A stretch of DNA of 49,642 nucleotides from Promethearchaeota archaeon (GTDB lineage: Archaea; Asgardarchaeota; Thorarchaeia; Thorarchaeales; Thorarchaeaceae). Location of the stretch: contig WJMJ01000100.1 of NCBI GenBank assembly GCA_014728035.1, positions 1 through 49,642 of the forward strand, in the 5' to 3' direction. Shown piece by piece: positions 18,347 through 28,304 of this stretch. The notes under the pieces are model-generated. The model searched no databases. It was not told the origin of the DNA and saw only the letters and a list, made by a program, of their open reading frames with translations. Position 1 is the first letter of the stretch; each line of letters opens with the position of its first letter. Position numbers and translations under genes: made by a program.

Positions 18347-20041
18347 TTATTCTTCTTCTTGTTCTCGCAGTTCTCGTCGAAGGACTTTTCCTACAGAAGA
18401 TTTCGGAAGGGTATCAACAAACTCAACATCTGTGGGTACTTTATAGACAGCCATTTTTTCCTTGCAGAACGATCGAATCTCATCAACTGTAGCTGTCTGT
18501 CCTGGCTCTACAACTACATACGCCTTTACTGTTTCACCACGAGTTTCGTCAGGAACTCCAATAACAGCTGCTTCTCTTACCTTGGGGTGTTCAAAGAGTA
18601 CTTCTTCAACATCACGTGGCCAAACTTTGTAACCACTTGCATTTATGAGATCCTTCTTCCTATCCACAATGAAGGTCCAACCTTCTTCGTCCATCTTCGC
18701 GATATCCCCGGTTAGAAGCCATCCATCACTGGTAAGTACCGCATCAGTTTCATCTGGTCGGTTATGATATCCTTTCATCACCTGAGGTCCTTTGACAGCT
18801 AGCTCCCCTATTTCCCCAACAGGTAGAATTTTGGTCTTGTCTTCCAAATCAACAATTTTGCAATATGTACTTGGGAATGGAAGTCCAATGGAACCGATTT
18901 TTCTCTTGTCTTTGTCTAGTGGGTTAGCATGAGTAACAGGACTTGCTTCAGAGAGTCCATATCCCTCGATGATAATCGAATTGGTTGCTTCTTCAAACTT
19001 GCGCGTGACTTCAGCTGGTAATGCCATCGCTCCAGCAATCGAGAGCTTCAATGAAGTGATATCATATTTGCTAACTTCAGGATGTGTGTAAATGGATATA
19101 GCTAACGTCGCAACGATAGGGAAGAACGTTGGTTTGAGCTTGTCTATCAATCCTAGAAGTTTCTTCGTCTGTCTTGGATCCGTGAGAAGGATAATTCCGC
19201 ATCCCCAAGCCATTGCAAGATTCATGGTTACCGACTGGCCGAATATATGTTGTAACGGTAATGCTCCAACAAATTTCTCCTTTCCTCTATCAGCCATCCA
19301 ATCCATCCATGCAGCACATTGCATCCAGTTAGCTGTTAGATTTCTATGGGTTAACATAGCTGCTTTGGGGATACCAGTAGTTCCCCCCGTAAACTGGTAT
19401 ACCGCAATGTCTTCCGACGGGTTGATTTTAACATCGGGTACCTCAGGGACTGCATCTTCAAGAAAGTCTAACCATTCAATATCTCCCTCACGTAAGGGCG
19501 GGACGGACTTCATCTCTTTTCTGTATACTAACAAAGGTGCAAGTATCTGTTTCAGTTTGCCAAGATGGTCCCAACCAGCTGTCACAATGACCTTCTCAAG
19601 ATTGCTCTCATCTCTAACTGCTTCTACCACTTCCAAGAAGAAATTCAAAGTTACAATCACTTTGGCTCTTGTGTCTTGGAGATAGATTCTAAGTTCTTTC
19701 GGCATACTTAGAGGATTTACAGCAGTCACAATTGCTCCTGCTTTTAATGCTCCATAATATGCAATGACAAATTGTGGTGAGTTTGGTAGCATCAAAGCTA
19801 CTACATCACCTTTTCCTACACCTAGCTTTGTAAAACCATTCGCTGCTTTGGCAATATTTTCACCCAGCTCGCGAAATGTCATCTCTATTCCTTCATAATA
19901 TATCGCAGTGTTTTCTGGGAACTCCTCTATTGCTTCATCCAAAGCAGCCCATAGTGGGGTATCTGGAATATCAATATCATGAGGTGTACCTTCAACGTAC
20001 TGCTCAAGCCATGGTCTATCCATTTGTTTTTCCTCTTTCAC
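18347..20041 (-). CDS. fadD: long-chain fatty acid--CoA ligase
   Basis: AMP-binding motifs YQFTGGTTGIPK, EGYGLSE, GWLLTGD, IVDRKKDLI and LPKSSVGKVLRR. Confidence 0.92.
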   Translation of the reverse strand: MKEEKQMDRPWLEQYVEGTPHDIDIPDTPLWAALDEAIEEFPENTAIYYEGIEMTFRELGENIAKAANGFTKLGVGKGDVVALMLPNSPQFVIAYYGALKAGAIVTAVNPLSMPKELRIYLQDTRAKVIVTLNFFLEVVEAVRDESNLEKVIVTAGWDHLGKLKQILAPLLVYRKEMKSVPPLREGDIEWLDFLEDAVPEVPDVKINPSEDIAVYQFTGGTTGIPKAAMLTHRNLTANWMQCAAWMDWMADRGKEKFVGALPLQHIFGQSVTMNLAMAWGCGIILLTDPRQTKKLLGLIDKLKPTFFPIVATLAISIYTHPEVSKYDITSLKLSIAGAMALPAEVTRKFEEATNSIIIEGYGLSEASPVTHANPLDKDKRKIGSIGLPFPSTYCKIVDLEDKTKILPVGEIGELAVKGPQVMKGYHNRPDETDAVLTSDGWLLTGDIAKMDEEGWTFIVDRKKDLINASGYKVWPRDVEEVLFEHPKVREAAVIGVPDETRGETVKAYVVVEPGQTATVDEIRSFCKEKMAVYKVPTDVEFVDTLPKSSVGKVLRRELREQEEE

Positions 20042-20218
20042 CAGCGTTTTGCCTGAATAGTGTTACAATTTCCAATGAAGCATTTATTCTTTCCGATAAT
20101 TGGGATTTCGTAGTCATAACTATACTTTTGGAGTACGTATCTATCTATTTCAGAATTCTCAAACACATCTCATAATTCGTATCACGGAACTTTGATTTTA
20201 TCATAAAAGCCTGCAAGT

Positions 20219-21424
20219 TCAATCATTTCTTAGGCTGAATGCTTCCCGGATACACACCCAAACCGTTCTGGTTATCAGTGCCTTGATGTCAATTTCTTCA
20301 GAAGATTCCGCCATTGAATTAGAAACCAATTCTTGGATTTTCTTATCACGCTTCCCAATTTCAAATAGCACATCAGTGAATGGACCTGTGAATATTCTTT
20401 GTGCTAAGAGTTGATATGGGATCTCTTTTCCAAAATCCATTTTCCACAATGATTGATATTTCATCAGGTCTTCGATTGCTAGTCTACCATCATCTAATAA
20501 TTTGTCCAACACAACAGCTGCATACCTTCCTGCACGCATTGCATATACAATGCCTCCACCAGTTAATGGACTAACCATCCCCGCAGAATCGCCAACTAAT
20601 AAACAACGGTTACTCACGGTATTCTCTATGGTACCTCCAGTAGGTACTAATGCTCCTCGTGCTCTTGACAGGTCAGCCGAAGAGATGAGTAACTCTTGCT
20701 TTTTTAGTAACTTGATGAATTGTCTAAAGATGGTCGGTAATCCTTGTGCGTATTTTCCAACAATTCCCAGACCCACATTCACCGTTTCAGCTTTTGGAAA
20801 TATCCACCCATAACCTGGAAGCCCTCCAAGATTTGCAAAGAAATGATATCTTTTTTCACTTCCATACAAGTCAGTAATGGTATCTTCATCAATAGGGATT
20901 TCAGCAACCCTGCAAGCTGTAATGTCTTTGGAATCCCAACGTGTATTCAAGCCAGTAGACCTAGCTACCAAGCTTGAAACTCCATCACAACCTAATAGTA
21001 CCCTTCCCTTTGTTACATTCCCATCATCTGTCGTGACTTCGACACAGCTGTCAGAGAAATTCAGTCTTTTCGCCCGTTTACCAAGAAGCAGCTCTACTCC
21101 ATTATCTATCGCACAATTCAATAGTGCATTATCAAAATCGGTTCTGAGTGCTACTGCCATGTCAACTTTTCCTTGTAAAGCAGTTCTTCTATTAGGTGAG
21201 TGAATTATTCCAACTTTGCACACACCTTTGAGGTACGTTCTCTCTTTAGCCCTCAAGTATGGGAATTCATCAACGATCTCTCTAGCGAAACCTCCTCCAC
21301 AAGGTTTGTCTCTGGGAAAAGTGTCTTTATCAATCAAACATGTCGAAATTCCCATCTTGCTCAGATAACGAGCCGCAGTAGATCCAGCAGGTCCAGCACC
21401 GATGATTACAACATCATACATCAA
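20219..21424 (-). CDS. geranylgeranyl reductase family FAD-dependent oxidoreductase
   Basis: GAGPAGS, KPCGGG, PGYGWIFP (PxxYxWxFP) and GDSAGMVSPLTGGGI. Confidence 0.9.
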   Translation of the reverse strand: MMYDVVIIGAGPAGSTAARYLSKMGISTCLIDKDTFPRDKPCGGGFAREIVDEFPYLRAKERTYLKGVCKVGIIHSPNRRTALQGKVDMAVALRTDFDNALLNCAIDNGVELLLGKRAKRLNFSDSCVEVTTDDGNVTKGRVLLGCDGVSSLVARSTGLNTRWDSKDITACRVAEIPIDEDTITDLYGSEKRYHFFANLGGLPGYGWIFPKAETVNVGLGIVGKYAQGLPTIFRQFIKLLKKQELLISSADLSRARGALVPTGGTIENTVSNRCLLVGDSAGMVSPLTGGGIVYAMRAGRYAAVVLDKLLDDGRLAIEDLMKYQSLWKMDFGKEIPYQLLAQRIFTGPFTDVLFEIGKRDKKIQELVSNSMAESSEEIDIKALITRTVWVCIREAFSLRND

Positions 21425-21513
21425 ATCTTCCTTCCTGAGAGACTGGTTTTTAGTTGCAGTAGGTTCTGCTTGAAAAGTTTGTTATTGATATATACCTGCA
21501 AAGATTAAAGGCA

Positions 21514-23106
21514 ATGCGATTTAGAACTAGTCAGAATGAGGTTTTCTTGGTGAGTATCGTACGCGAATATTTCTCTCGATTTATTACTCAGAGAAGGAAA
21601 TTGAGGAGTGAAATCCAGGACAATCAAGTATTGGATTCAATTCTGCATTATGCAACAACAAGCGTTTTAGTTATGAATACGGTTCTCATTCTCTACGTGT
21701 CCATTTCTATTGCCCTTAAGATGACAATAGCTGGATTGGCCATACTAGATTCTATACCTATCATATTCTACATTCTTCCCCTTTTAGTCATTCTACCCTC
21801 ACTAACTTACTCATATTACACTTCTAGGTCTGCTGCTATCAATTTTATTATTATTCTTATTTCATCAATCTTTTTCTATCTTCTTTCCGCTCTAGTTAGA
21901 GGATTCATCATCTGTCTTATTCTGAATATATTCGCATTAGGAGTTCTATTTGTACTAGGTAGGTTTAGACCTGAAGGAAAGATTACTGATGTCGGAAAGA
22001 AGGGGATTGCATTGTTTGTTATCTTCAATCTCTTGGGTCTAGCTTTCCCAATATCTGTTAGTTTAATGGGGGAAAATCCAATTGCTTTCATCCAAAACCA
22101 GGAGGCAACAATTGAGATCGAAGTTCCTTTGGATAATTCTACGTATATTGAACCCACTTCTACGTTAATCGATGATATTCAACTTTCCGGGTTCGGATTG
22201 AATCTTCTCATAGATGAAAATGATGAAACGTCATGGACTCATCTATCGGACTGGATGAATGCAACTAATAGTACTGAAATATCTGTTTCCGTATTAATGA
22301 AGACTAATCGTTCATCTCTAGATGGATATTCTAATGCAACTATAACAAACATGGAATTACAAAGGAGTATCTATCAGCGATATATGTCCGGATTGGAACG
22401 TATTGAAAACCTAATTTCAACTATGAATTACTCACTACATGATCTTACACTCCGGTTTGATATGACATTTTCAAATGCTGAGTGGATACAGTTCATGCAA
22501 TACATTCAGGGTGTCGATCTGGTCGGGTTTACTTCAATGCTCAGAAAAGGACTTGATTTGATTAATGTCACTGAGATTTCCGAGATGGAAACAGCGCTCT
22601 TAGAGGCAGTAGATCAGAATATGATGAAGACTGGCTTCATGTTAGAATCATTTGTATTAGATGATCTAATAGACCATGATACATTACTCACTCCGTTGTG
22701 CGGAGTAACAATTAGGAGTTTATTGGAGAATAATCACTTAGACAACATCTATGACATCAGACGGTCTCGGTTTTCTGAAGGTATGAATGGTGATGTCGGT
22801 GAGTACGCTGCGCATAGTTATTCAAGAAGTGCAGGTTTGTATGAATCAGGAGTGCGACTTGGCGATATAGGACATGAAGTATACAGTGATTCTAGAACTA
22901 TTCAGAATGATATTGTAATCATAGCAGGAAATGGTGCGAGTACTATATCGATTTCATCACTACCCCAACTTCTCAATCATGAATCTTTCCCTTTACTGGG
23001 ATTGATTATTGATATTAGTGGTGTTGACGTGACATATACATTCAGAGTATTTGCGTTCAGAGCGGTGTTCATTGCAATCGATTCATTCGATTTATTGTTG
23101 TTCTAA
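21514..23106 (+). CDS. membrane protein with N-terminal TM bundle and large soluble domain, unknown function
   Basis: About five N-terminal TM helices, then an alpha/beta region with N-glycosylation sequons. Start uncertain. Confidence 0.7.
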   Translation: MRFRTSQNEVFLVSIVREYFSRFITQRRKLRSEIQDNQVLDSILHYATTSVLVMNTVLILYVSISIALKMTIAGLAILDSIPIIFYILPLLVILPSLTYSYYTSRSAAINFIIILISSIFFYLLSALVRGFIICLILNIFALGVLFVLGRFRPEGKITDVGKKGIALFVIFNLLGLAFPISVSLMGENPIAFIQNQEATIEIEVPLDNSTYIEPTSTLIDDIQLSGFGLNLLIDENDETSWTHLSDWMNATNSTEISVSVLMKTNRSSLDGYSNATITNMELQRSIYQRYMSGLERIENLISTMNYSLHDLTLRFDMTFSNAEWIQFMQYIQGVDLVGFTSMLRKGLDLINVTEISEMETALLEAVDQNMMKTGFMLESFVLDDLIDHDTLLTPLCGVTIRSLLENNHLDNIYDIRRSRFSEGMNGDVGEYAAHSYSRSAGLYESGVRLGDIGHEVYSDSRTIQNDIVIIAGNGASTISISSLPQLLNHESFPLLGLIIDISGVDVTYTFRVFAFRAVFIAIDSFDLLLF

Positions 23107-24011
23107 GGCTCTGCAACATATACTTCGAATACACCAGACCACATGTCGCTGCTTTCTGCAGTCTTGATAAGCAATCTACCATCAACATTGACGCCTACTG
23201 GTTTTGCTTTACTCTTCTTCCATATCTCTGTGAATATTATTGAGTGAATTTGAGTCTGAAAGTCTTCTGTCACTCTTGATATCATTGAATCAACATAAGC
23301 CTGATTGATTCCAGCATCTGACAGGTCTTTATTAACTCGAAAAAGTCTCTCTTCATTCACAGCTCCAACTTTCTTATCGAAGGAATACCCAATACCTCCG
23401 ACAAAATGAAATACGCCATGTTCAACTATTGGTTGATCGTCCATCACAATAATATCATCATTGTCTAGGATTACATATTCCGGTGAAGCAACAATAAAAG
23501 GAATTTTACCGGCCTCTGTGGCAACATCGTCAAATTTGAGTTTTTTTCTCAAATAGTCATCAAGGGTCTTTACACATCTATCATATCTGAATGGTTCGAA
23601 ATCATCCATATGGATAACATTTCGTGCTTTCCGAGCTAATACATCAATAGCTCTTTGACATTTTTTGAGAAACTCTATACGTTCTGAGGTCGTTGTAAGT
23701 AATTTTCCAGCTGCAAAACCAGCTCTAATGTATTTCATAGCTTTGAAATCTTCAAGTAGTGTCCTGCTGAGATATGTGTTATCTTCTCCTTCGAAGAATC
23801 CTTCTTCTTCTCCAATTACTTCGGGTAATGGATTTCCAATGTAAACTTGGACTTCTTTTCCTCTTTTTGGATTGAAGAATAACCCGAAGTCCATACCTGT
23901 GGTCGGTAAATCGGATAGTTGCCTGACGAATGCACCTTCTGGAATTATCTCTCTCGTTTTTCCCTTGGTATAAATTTGAGAATATCTTGCAAAGAGATCT
24001 TTTCTGGACAT
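23103..24011 (-). CDS. hypothetical soluble protein
   Basis: 302-aa ORF with normal composition and no motif recognised. Confidence 0.7.
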   Translation of the reverse strand: MSRKDLFARYSQIYTKGKTREIIPEGAFVRQLSDLPTTGMDFGLFFNPKRGKEVQVYIGNPLPEVIGEEEGFFEGEDNTYLSRTLLEDFKAMKYIRAGFAAGKLLTTTSERIEFLKKCQRAIDVLARKARNVIHMDDFEPFRYDRCVKTLDDYLRKKLKFDDVATEAGKIPFIVASPEYVILDNDDIIVMDDQPIVEHGVFHFVGGIGYSFDKKVGAVNEERLFRVNKDLSDAGINQAYVDSMISRVTEDFQTQIHSIIFTEIWKKSKAKPVGVNVDGRLLIKTAESSDMWSGVFEVYVAEP

Positions 24012-24201
24012 ATCTTCGACTTCCCTACTCTGTGATTATTCTTATCGTCTATTATCTCTATTGGCTATTACAAGGTCCACTGACAATCAGCATCGTTCCC
24101 AACCGCACGCAACCCATATTTGTTCCACAAGCTATAAAGGTGATTCTTTCTCCCTCGCATATCGGATAATATATCTATATTTCTGCAATAGGTTGATAAA
24201 A

Positions 24202-24501
24202 ATGGAACGAACTAGACTTGGTCTAATAATTGCTATTGGTGGGGTAATTATATTCTTGATTGCGATGCTTATTCTATTACCAGAGATATCTCTTTATGTT
24301 CCAGCATTGCTTGTTATGTTCATTGGAATTACTATGATTGGTATTGGGGGAGCTATTGCTAAAGGATTTGACAGAAGTTTAGATGTTCCAGAAACTGATT
24401 GTTATTATTGCAACGGGTCAGGCAAAATCCAAGGCCCAGAGGGTTCAGAGTCATGTCCTAGATGCGGTGGTACGGGATTAGCAAGGCCAGATGATGAATA
24501 G
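24202..24501 (+). CDS. small two-TM protein with C-terminal DnaJ-type CxxCxGxG zinc finger
   Basis: ATG at 24202 (MERTRLG...), two TM helices, then CYYCNGSG...CPRCGGTG. Confidence 0.78.
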   Translation: MERTRLGLIIAIGGVIIFLIAMLILLPEISLYVPALLVMFIGITMIGIGGAIAKGFDRSLDVPETDCYYCNGSGKIQGPEGSESCPRCGGTGLARPDDE

Positions 24502-24530
24502 TCCGATTATAGGAAACATGAGGGCATATC

Positions 24531-25226
24531 ATGCGCAAATGCTTAATCATTGGACATAGAGGTTACCCTCTCAAAGCTCCTGAAAATACCTTGAAGTCTT
24601 TTCAAATGGCCGCAGAACAAGGAGCTGATATGGTCGAGCTTGACGTTCAACTCACTGCAGATAACGAACTTGTATGCATTCATGATTATGAAGTATCCAG
24701 AACCACTTCAGGATCCGGTTCTGTTCATGAAATGACCCTAAAAGAACTAAGAGAGTTAGATGCTGGAGATGGTGAAAGAATCCCATTGCTCTCTGAGGTT
24801 CTGGATTATGCCAAAAATACGATTGATGTAAATATTGAACTTAAGATTCCTGGCATTGAGAACCAAGTTGTTGACATAATCAGAAGTAGAACTATGACAC
24901 ACCACGTACTTGTGAGTAGTTTCATTCACGGCTCACTCCAAGTGATTAAGGATTTAGATAAAACCTTGAAAACAGCTGCTTTAGTTAGTCAGTTACCTAA
25001 TGATGTGGTTTCCTATTGCATGGACTTGAATGTGGACGCACTAAATCCCTTATATTCACTTGTCAATGCAGAACTCGTAGAAAAACTGCATTGTGCAGGT
25101 TTGGAAGTATTTCCCTGGACAGTCAATGACCCGCAAATAATTCTGAATATGCTTGATATGAATGTCGATGGGATAATTTCAGATGATGTGGAAGTACTGG
25201 CTAATCTAATTGGTACTTTCAAGTAG
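24531..25226 (+). CDS. glycerophosphodiester phosphodiesterase
   Basis: IGHRG...APENT, VELDVQLT.D..LVCIHD, NIELK, WTVND, GIISD. Confidence 0.93.
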   Translation: MRKCLIIGHRGYPLKAPENTLKSFQMAAEQGADMVELDVQLTADNELVCIHDYEVSRTTSGSGSVHEMTLKELRELDAGDGERIPLLSEVLDYAKNTIDVNIELKIPGIENQVVDIIRSRTMTHHVLVSSFIHGSLQVIKDLDKTLKTAALVSQLPNDVVSYCMDLNVDALNPLYSLVNAELVEKLHCAGLEVFPWTVNDPQIILNMLDMNVDGIISDDVEVLANLIGTFK

Positions 25227-25238
25227 GAAAAATTTTGA

Positions 25239-25991
25239 TTATCCTGCAGTGATTTCATGAATCCAGTCTAGTGTGACGGGATAGATTTCTTTTCTCGTCG
25301 GATGGCACGTGATAACATGTTGTGCACCTTCAAGCAAAACAAATTTCTTTTTCACTGACGATACTGAACGAAATGCTACTTTTCCACACTGGGGGTTTAT
25401 TGTTTTATCATCAGTTCCATGAATAATAAAAACTGGAATCTCTATCTGGTGAAGATTATCCCTCACTTCTTTAGTCAGTTTCACCAATTCATGGATTGCA
25501 GACAGCGGTTCTCGTTCATACTTTCGTCTTGGAATATCATATAGCTCCATCATATCAGACAAATCAACATCACGATACTTCTTGACTCTCTTAAGTATTG
25601 GAAGTACTCGGATCAGGGGATTTTCTATTCTGAGAGCTGGGGCAAAAACAACAAGACCATCGATGGAATGATCATGCTCCCCAATATGTAAAGCTAAAGC
25701 ACCTCCCATTGAGAGCCCTCCAACAAAGACATATTCTGTGTTCCAACTTCTCACTTTTTCAAGACCGCGTGTGACTGAATTATACCAGTCGAATCGCGTC
25801 TTTGTTGCCAAGTCTTCTGGATTAGTATCGTGTCCTGCAATTCTTACTGAAAAAGAAGCGATATTGTTCTCATACAAGAATTCTGCATAGGATGCTACTT
25901 CATCTGGTGCAGCACCAAATCCATGAATTAAAAGGAAGGCGACATTTGCATCAGAAGGTTGACGAATTACTCCATCAATCTCCTGAGCCAA
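25239..25991 (-). CDS. alpha/beta hydrolase (carboxylesterase / monoacylglycerol lipase-like)
   Basis: LIHGF oxyanion motif, GLSMGG nucleophile elbow, HGTDD and a C-terminal His (GAQH). Confidence 0.9.
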   Translation of the reverse strand: MAQEIDGVIRQPSDANVAFLLIHGFGAAPDEVASYAEFLYENNIASFSVRIAGHDTNPEDLATKTRFDWYNSVTRGLEKVRSWNTEYVFVGGLSMGGALALHIGEHDHSIDGLVVFAPALRIENPLIRVLPILKRVKKYRDVDLSDMMELYDIPRRKYEREPLSAIHELVKLTKEVRDNLHQIEIPVFIIHGTDDKTINPQCGKVAFRSVSSVKKKFVLLEGAQHVITCHPTRKEIYPVTLDWIHEITAG

Positions 25992-26022
25992 TGTCTTTTC
26001 ACCTATATTCTCGAGAGATGGT

Positions 26023-27966
26023 CTATTGTTCTGGATTTCTTTCGAACTTCCAGCCCTCTTTCAAAAAGCCTAGTCTTATTCCACCAATAATCCAACCAAT
26101 GATTGATAGTATTTCAAGACTGACTACGAGTGTTACTAATAGGGTAATAACAATCGCAACTTGTTGAGAACTTGGGAATCCTGAGAAGACTGCAAGTGCA
26201 ACAATTGCAACAAGAGCACCAGCTGCTATTCCAACAATTGCTGTCATTCGAAGAATGCCACCTTCCATCTTATGACCTTTCTCTTCAACTTCACCTGCAA
26301 TATTGAGGTTTAGTGAAAGTACGATTACTAAGGTCAATGCATAGAGTGCAAACATAATCGAAGCTGCTGTTAGAGCCATGTGTGACAGGTCATCGTTACC
26401 TGCAATGGTTGGAATCAGCAGGACGAACAGAACGGTTAGTCCTCCGAGCGTATCAGTAGCTCCATATCCGCCTTTGTGTGCAAATCCGGAGAGTGTGAGG
26501 TTTCGTATAACAATTGCAATCAGTGGGAATATCAAAATTGTTGGTGCTTGTACCCACACTGGGATTCCAGGAATCAGCTCCATGTTATACCAAAGATTGG
26601 TGGGCCAAATAGCTGGTGGTCCTACACCTAACATTCCCAATAGGATTATTATTAGAGCTAACGAGGCTAGGGAAGAAACTACTACAGTTGCCCATGGTAC
26701 TGAGAATGCAGTTAATCCACGAACTCTTGTTTCTATCATTAATACGAATTGAGAAAGAACTACAAATGCCCATGGTATTAGAACAGTCAATAGCAGTGTA
26801 TGTGGTGATAGTAACATGAAGATTGAAGCAACAACTAATGGCAGTCCTGTGATTACGTCTGTTGTTGACACGTAAAGTGCACCCATAAAGAACAAGATTG
26901 CCGGCCCAGAGATTGTCATGAAGAACAGTGATCCTTCCACAGCTCCTTGAATAGCTGTCCCAGCTTGACCTGCAAAAAGGATGCCGACGAAAGCCATTAG
27001 AATCATGAGTGCTTTCAAACCACCTTTTACAATATCATCACCAATATCTACCTTCTTCAATTCCTTTGCTCCCAATCTAGGTGCTAAGAATATCCAAGTC
27101 ATTAGCATCATTAGAAATGCTTGAACCAAAGCAGGATTTGTGAATGGTAACACGTTTGATGAAGACATTGCACCCCAGGGTCTCCACACGAAAGCTGGGT
27201 CATATCCATCTTCTACAATTTCAGCTATAGGTCCAATTAGAACTGCAGCAGTTCCAATGAGAACTGATAAGAAGCCTACTAAACCAAATGCGAACTTTGC
27301 TTTTTCGGGACTTCTTGCGTATTCTCTGAATGCACCAGTTGGGGATCTATAGTATAGAAAGCCCATAAACTGTCCAGCAATTAATATGATATATGATGCG
27401 TAGTATAACCCAGGTCCTAATACAACTCCAAGAGCCATGATTGGGAATACTAGGGCATTTAACACTCCAGCAATAGTTCCAATCCATGTCTTGCTTGTAT
27501 CAACGTAAAAAGTAACTCCGATTTGCCAGAATATCAAGAACATTGATGTATATAAAGCAAGGTTACCAACTAGAGTTTCTAGTTGCTGTGGAGAAGTTGC
27601 CTCAGGTGCTCCAAGAATATTGATTACCAATAATAATGCAAAAAGTAAAGTTAACCAATTGACTTGAGCAAGAGAAGCTCCAGTCTTTTCTCGTATTTCT
27701 TTTGAACCATAAGTTTGAAGCAATAAGCTAACTGCAAGTAGTCCAACAAAAGCAAGTGAAAGTATGGAGTATCCCGGGTCGTTAATGTTGCTGCTATAGA
27801 TGCTTGCAACATTTGAAAGAGGAAGTAAAGCTACTCCTCCTGCAATGAGACCGATCACTCCAGCGATCAATCCTATTATTGAACCAAAACTAGATAGTTT
27901 TGCCATTGGTTCGATTTTCTTTCCGTCAGTAGTTGTCTGAGTAAGTAGAGATCTTATCTCGGCCAT
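26023..27966 (-). CDS. large polytopic membrane protein, unknown function
   Basis: 647 aa, almost entirely hydrophobic helices (more than 15 by eye). GAGGA RBS-like sequence upstream. Confidence 0.78.
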   Translation of the reverse strand: MAEIRSLLTQTTTDGKKIEPMAKLSSFGSIIGLIAGVIGLIAGGVALLPLSNVASIYSSNINDPGYSILSLAFVGLLAVSLLLQTYGSKEIREKTGASLAQVNWLTLLFALLLVINILGAPEATSPQQLETLVGNLALYTSMFLIFWQIGVTFYVDTSKTWIGTIAGVLNALVFPIMALGVVLGPGLYYASYIILIAGQFMGFLYYRSPTGAFREYARSPEKAKFAFGLVGFLSVLIGTAAVLIGPIAEIVEDGYDPAFVWRPWGAMSSSNVLPFTNPALVQAFLMMLMTWIFLAPRLGAKELKKVDIGDDIVKGGLKALMILMAFVGILFAGQAGTAIQGAVEGSLFFMTISGPAILFFMGALYVSTTDVITGLPLVVASIFMLLSPHTLLLTVLIPWAFVVLSQFVLMIETRVRGLTAFSVPWATVVVSSLASLALIIILLGMLGVGPPAIWPTNLWYNMELIPGIPVWVQAPTILIFPLIAIVIRNLTLSGFAHKGGYGATDTLGGLTVLFVLLIPTIAGNDDLSHMALTAASIMFALYALTLVIVLSLNLNIAGEVEEKGHKMEGGILRMTAIVGIAAGALVAIVALAVFSGFPSSQQVAIVITLLVTLVVSLEILSIIGWIIGGIRLGFLKEGWKFERNPEQ

Positions 27967-27984
27967 CTCTCATTCCTCTCGTAA

Positions 27985-27996
27985 GGGCATATGCCC
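27985..27996. promoter_or_regulatory. perfect palindrome GGGCATATGCCC in divergent intergenic region
   Basis: 12-bp palindrome 19 nt upstream of the 27966 start. A related AGGGCATAT(GC) occurs at 24521 and 37585. Confidence 0.35.
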
Positions 27997-28139
27997 GCCT
28001 AATCGTATCAAATCGGCAGGGTATAAATGCTTAACTCTTGGCGAAAATACTCACTTAAAAGGAATCCTTTTTGAGACATTTGGATAATCAATACCAATAG
28101 CTAAATAGGAACAGTAGTACTGTATATCTTGTGATTTTC

Positions 28140-28289
28140 ATGGCTGATGATTTGAAATTGACTGTCAAAGGCAAGACTGTTCCAGTGAATGCTTTTGTTA
28201 AGAATATACTTAATGATGTATTAATTGCAATTCTGAAAAATCTAAGAAATGTTGATATTGATACTATTTCAGAAGTTGAAATTTCCTAA
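28140..28289 (+). CDS. 49-aa protein resembling the C-terminal domain of archaeal MobB proteins (not in ORF track)
   Basis: MADDLKLTVKGKTVPVNAFVKNILNDVLIAILKNLRNVDIDTISEVEIS*. Ends 15 nt before the AOR start. Confidence 0.7.
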   Translation: MADDLKLTVKGKTVPVNAFVKNILNDVLIAILKNLRNVDIDTISEVEIS

Positions 28290-28304
28290 ATAGGAGATTC
28301 AATC

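Noticed and set aside
18269-18715. 148-aa plus-strand ORF after apt
   Set aside because: Mostly antisense to the fadD 3' end and spans terminator-like hairpins; no protein-like features.
24061-24201. 47-codon N-terminal extension of the zinc-finger membrane protein
   Set aside because: TTG start running through the AT-rich divergent promoter region; ATG at 24202 gives a better protein.
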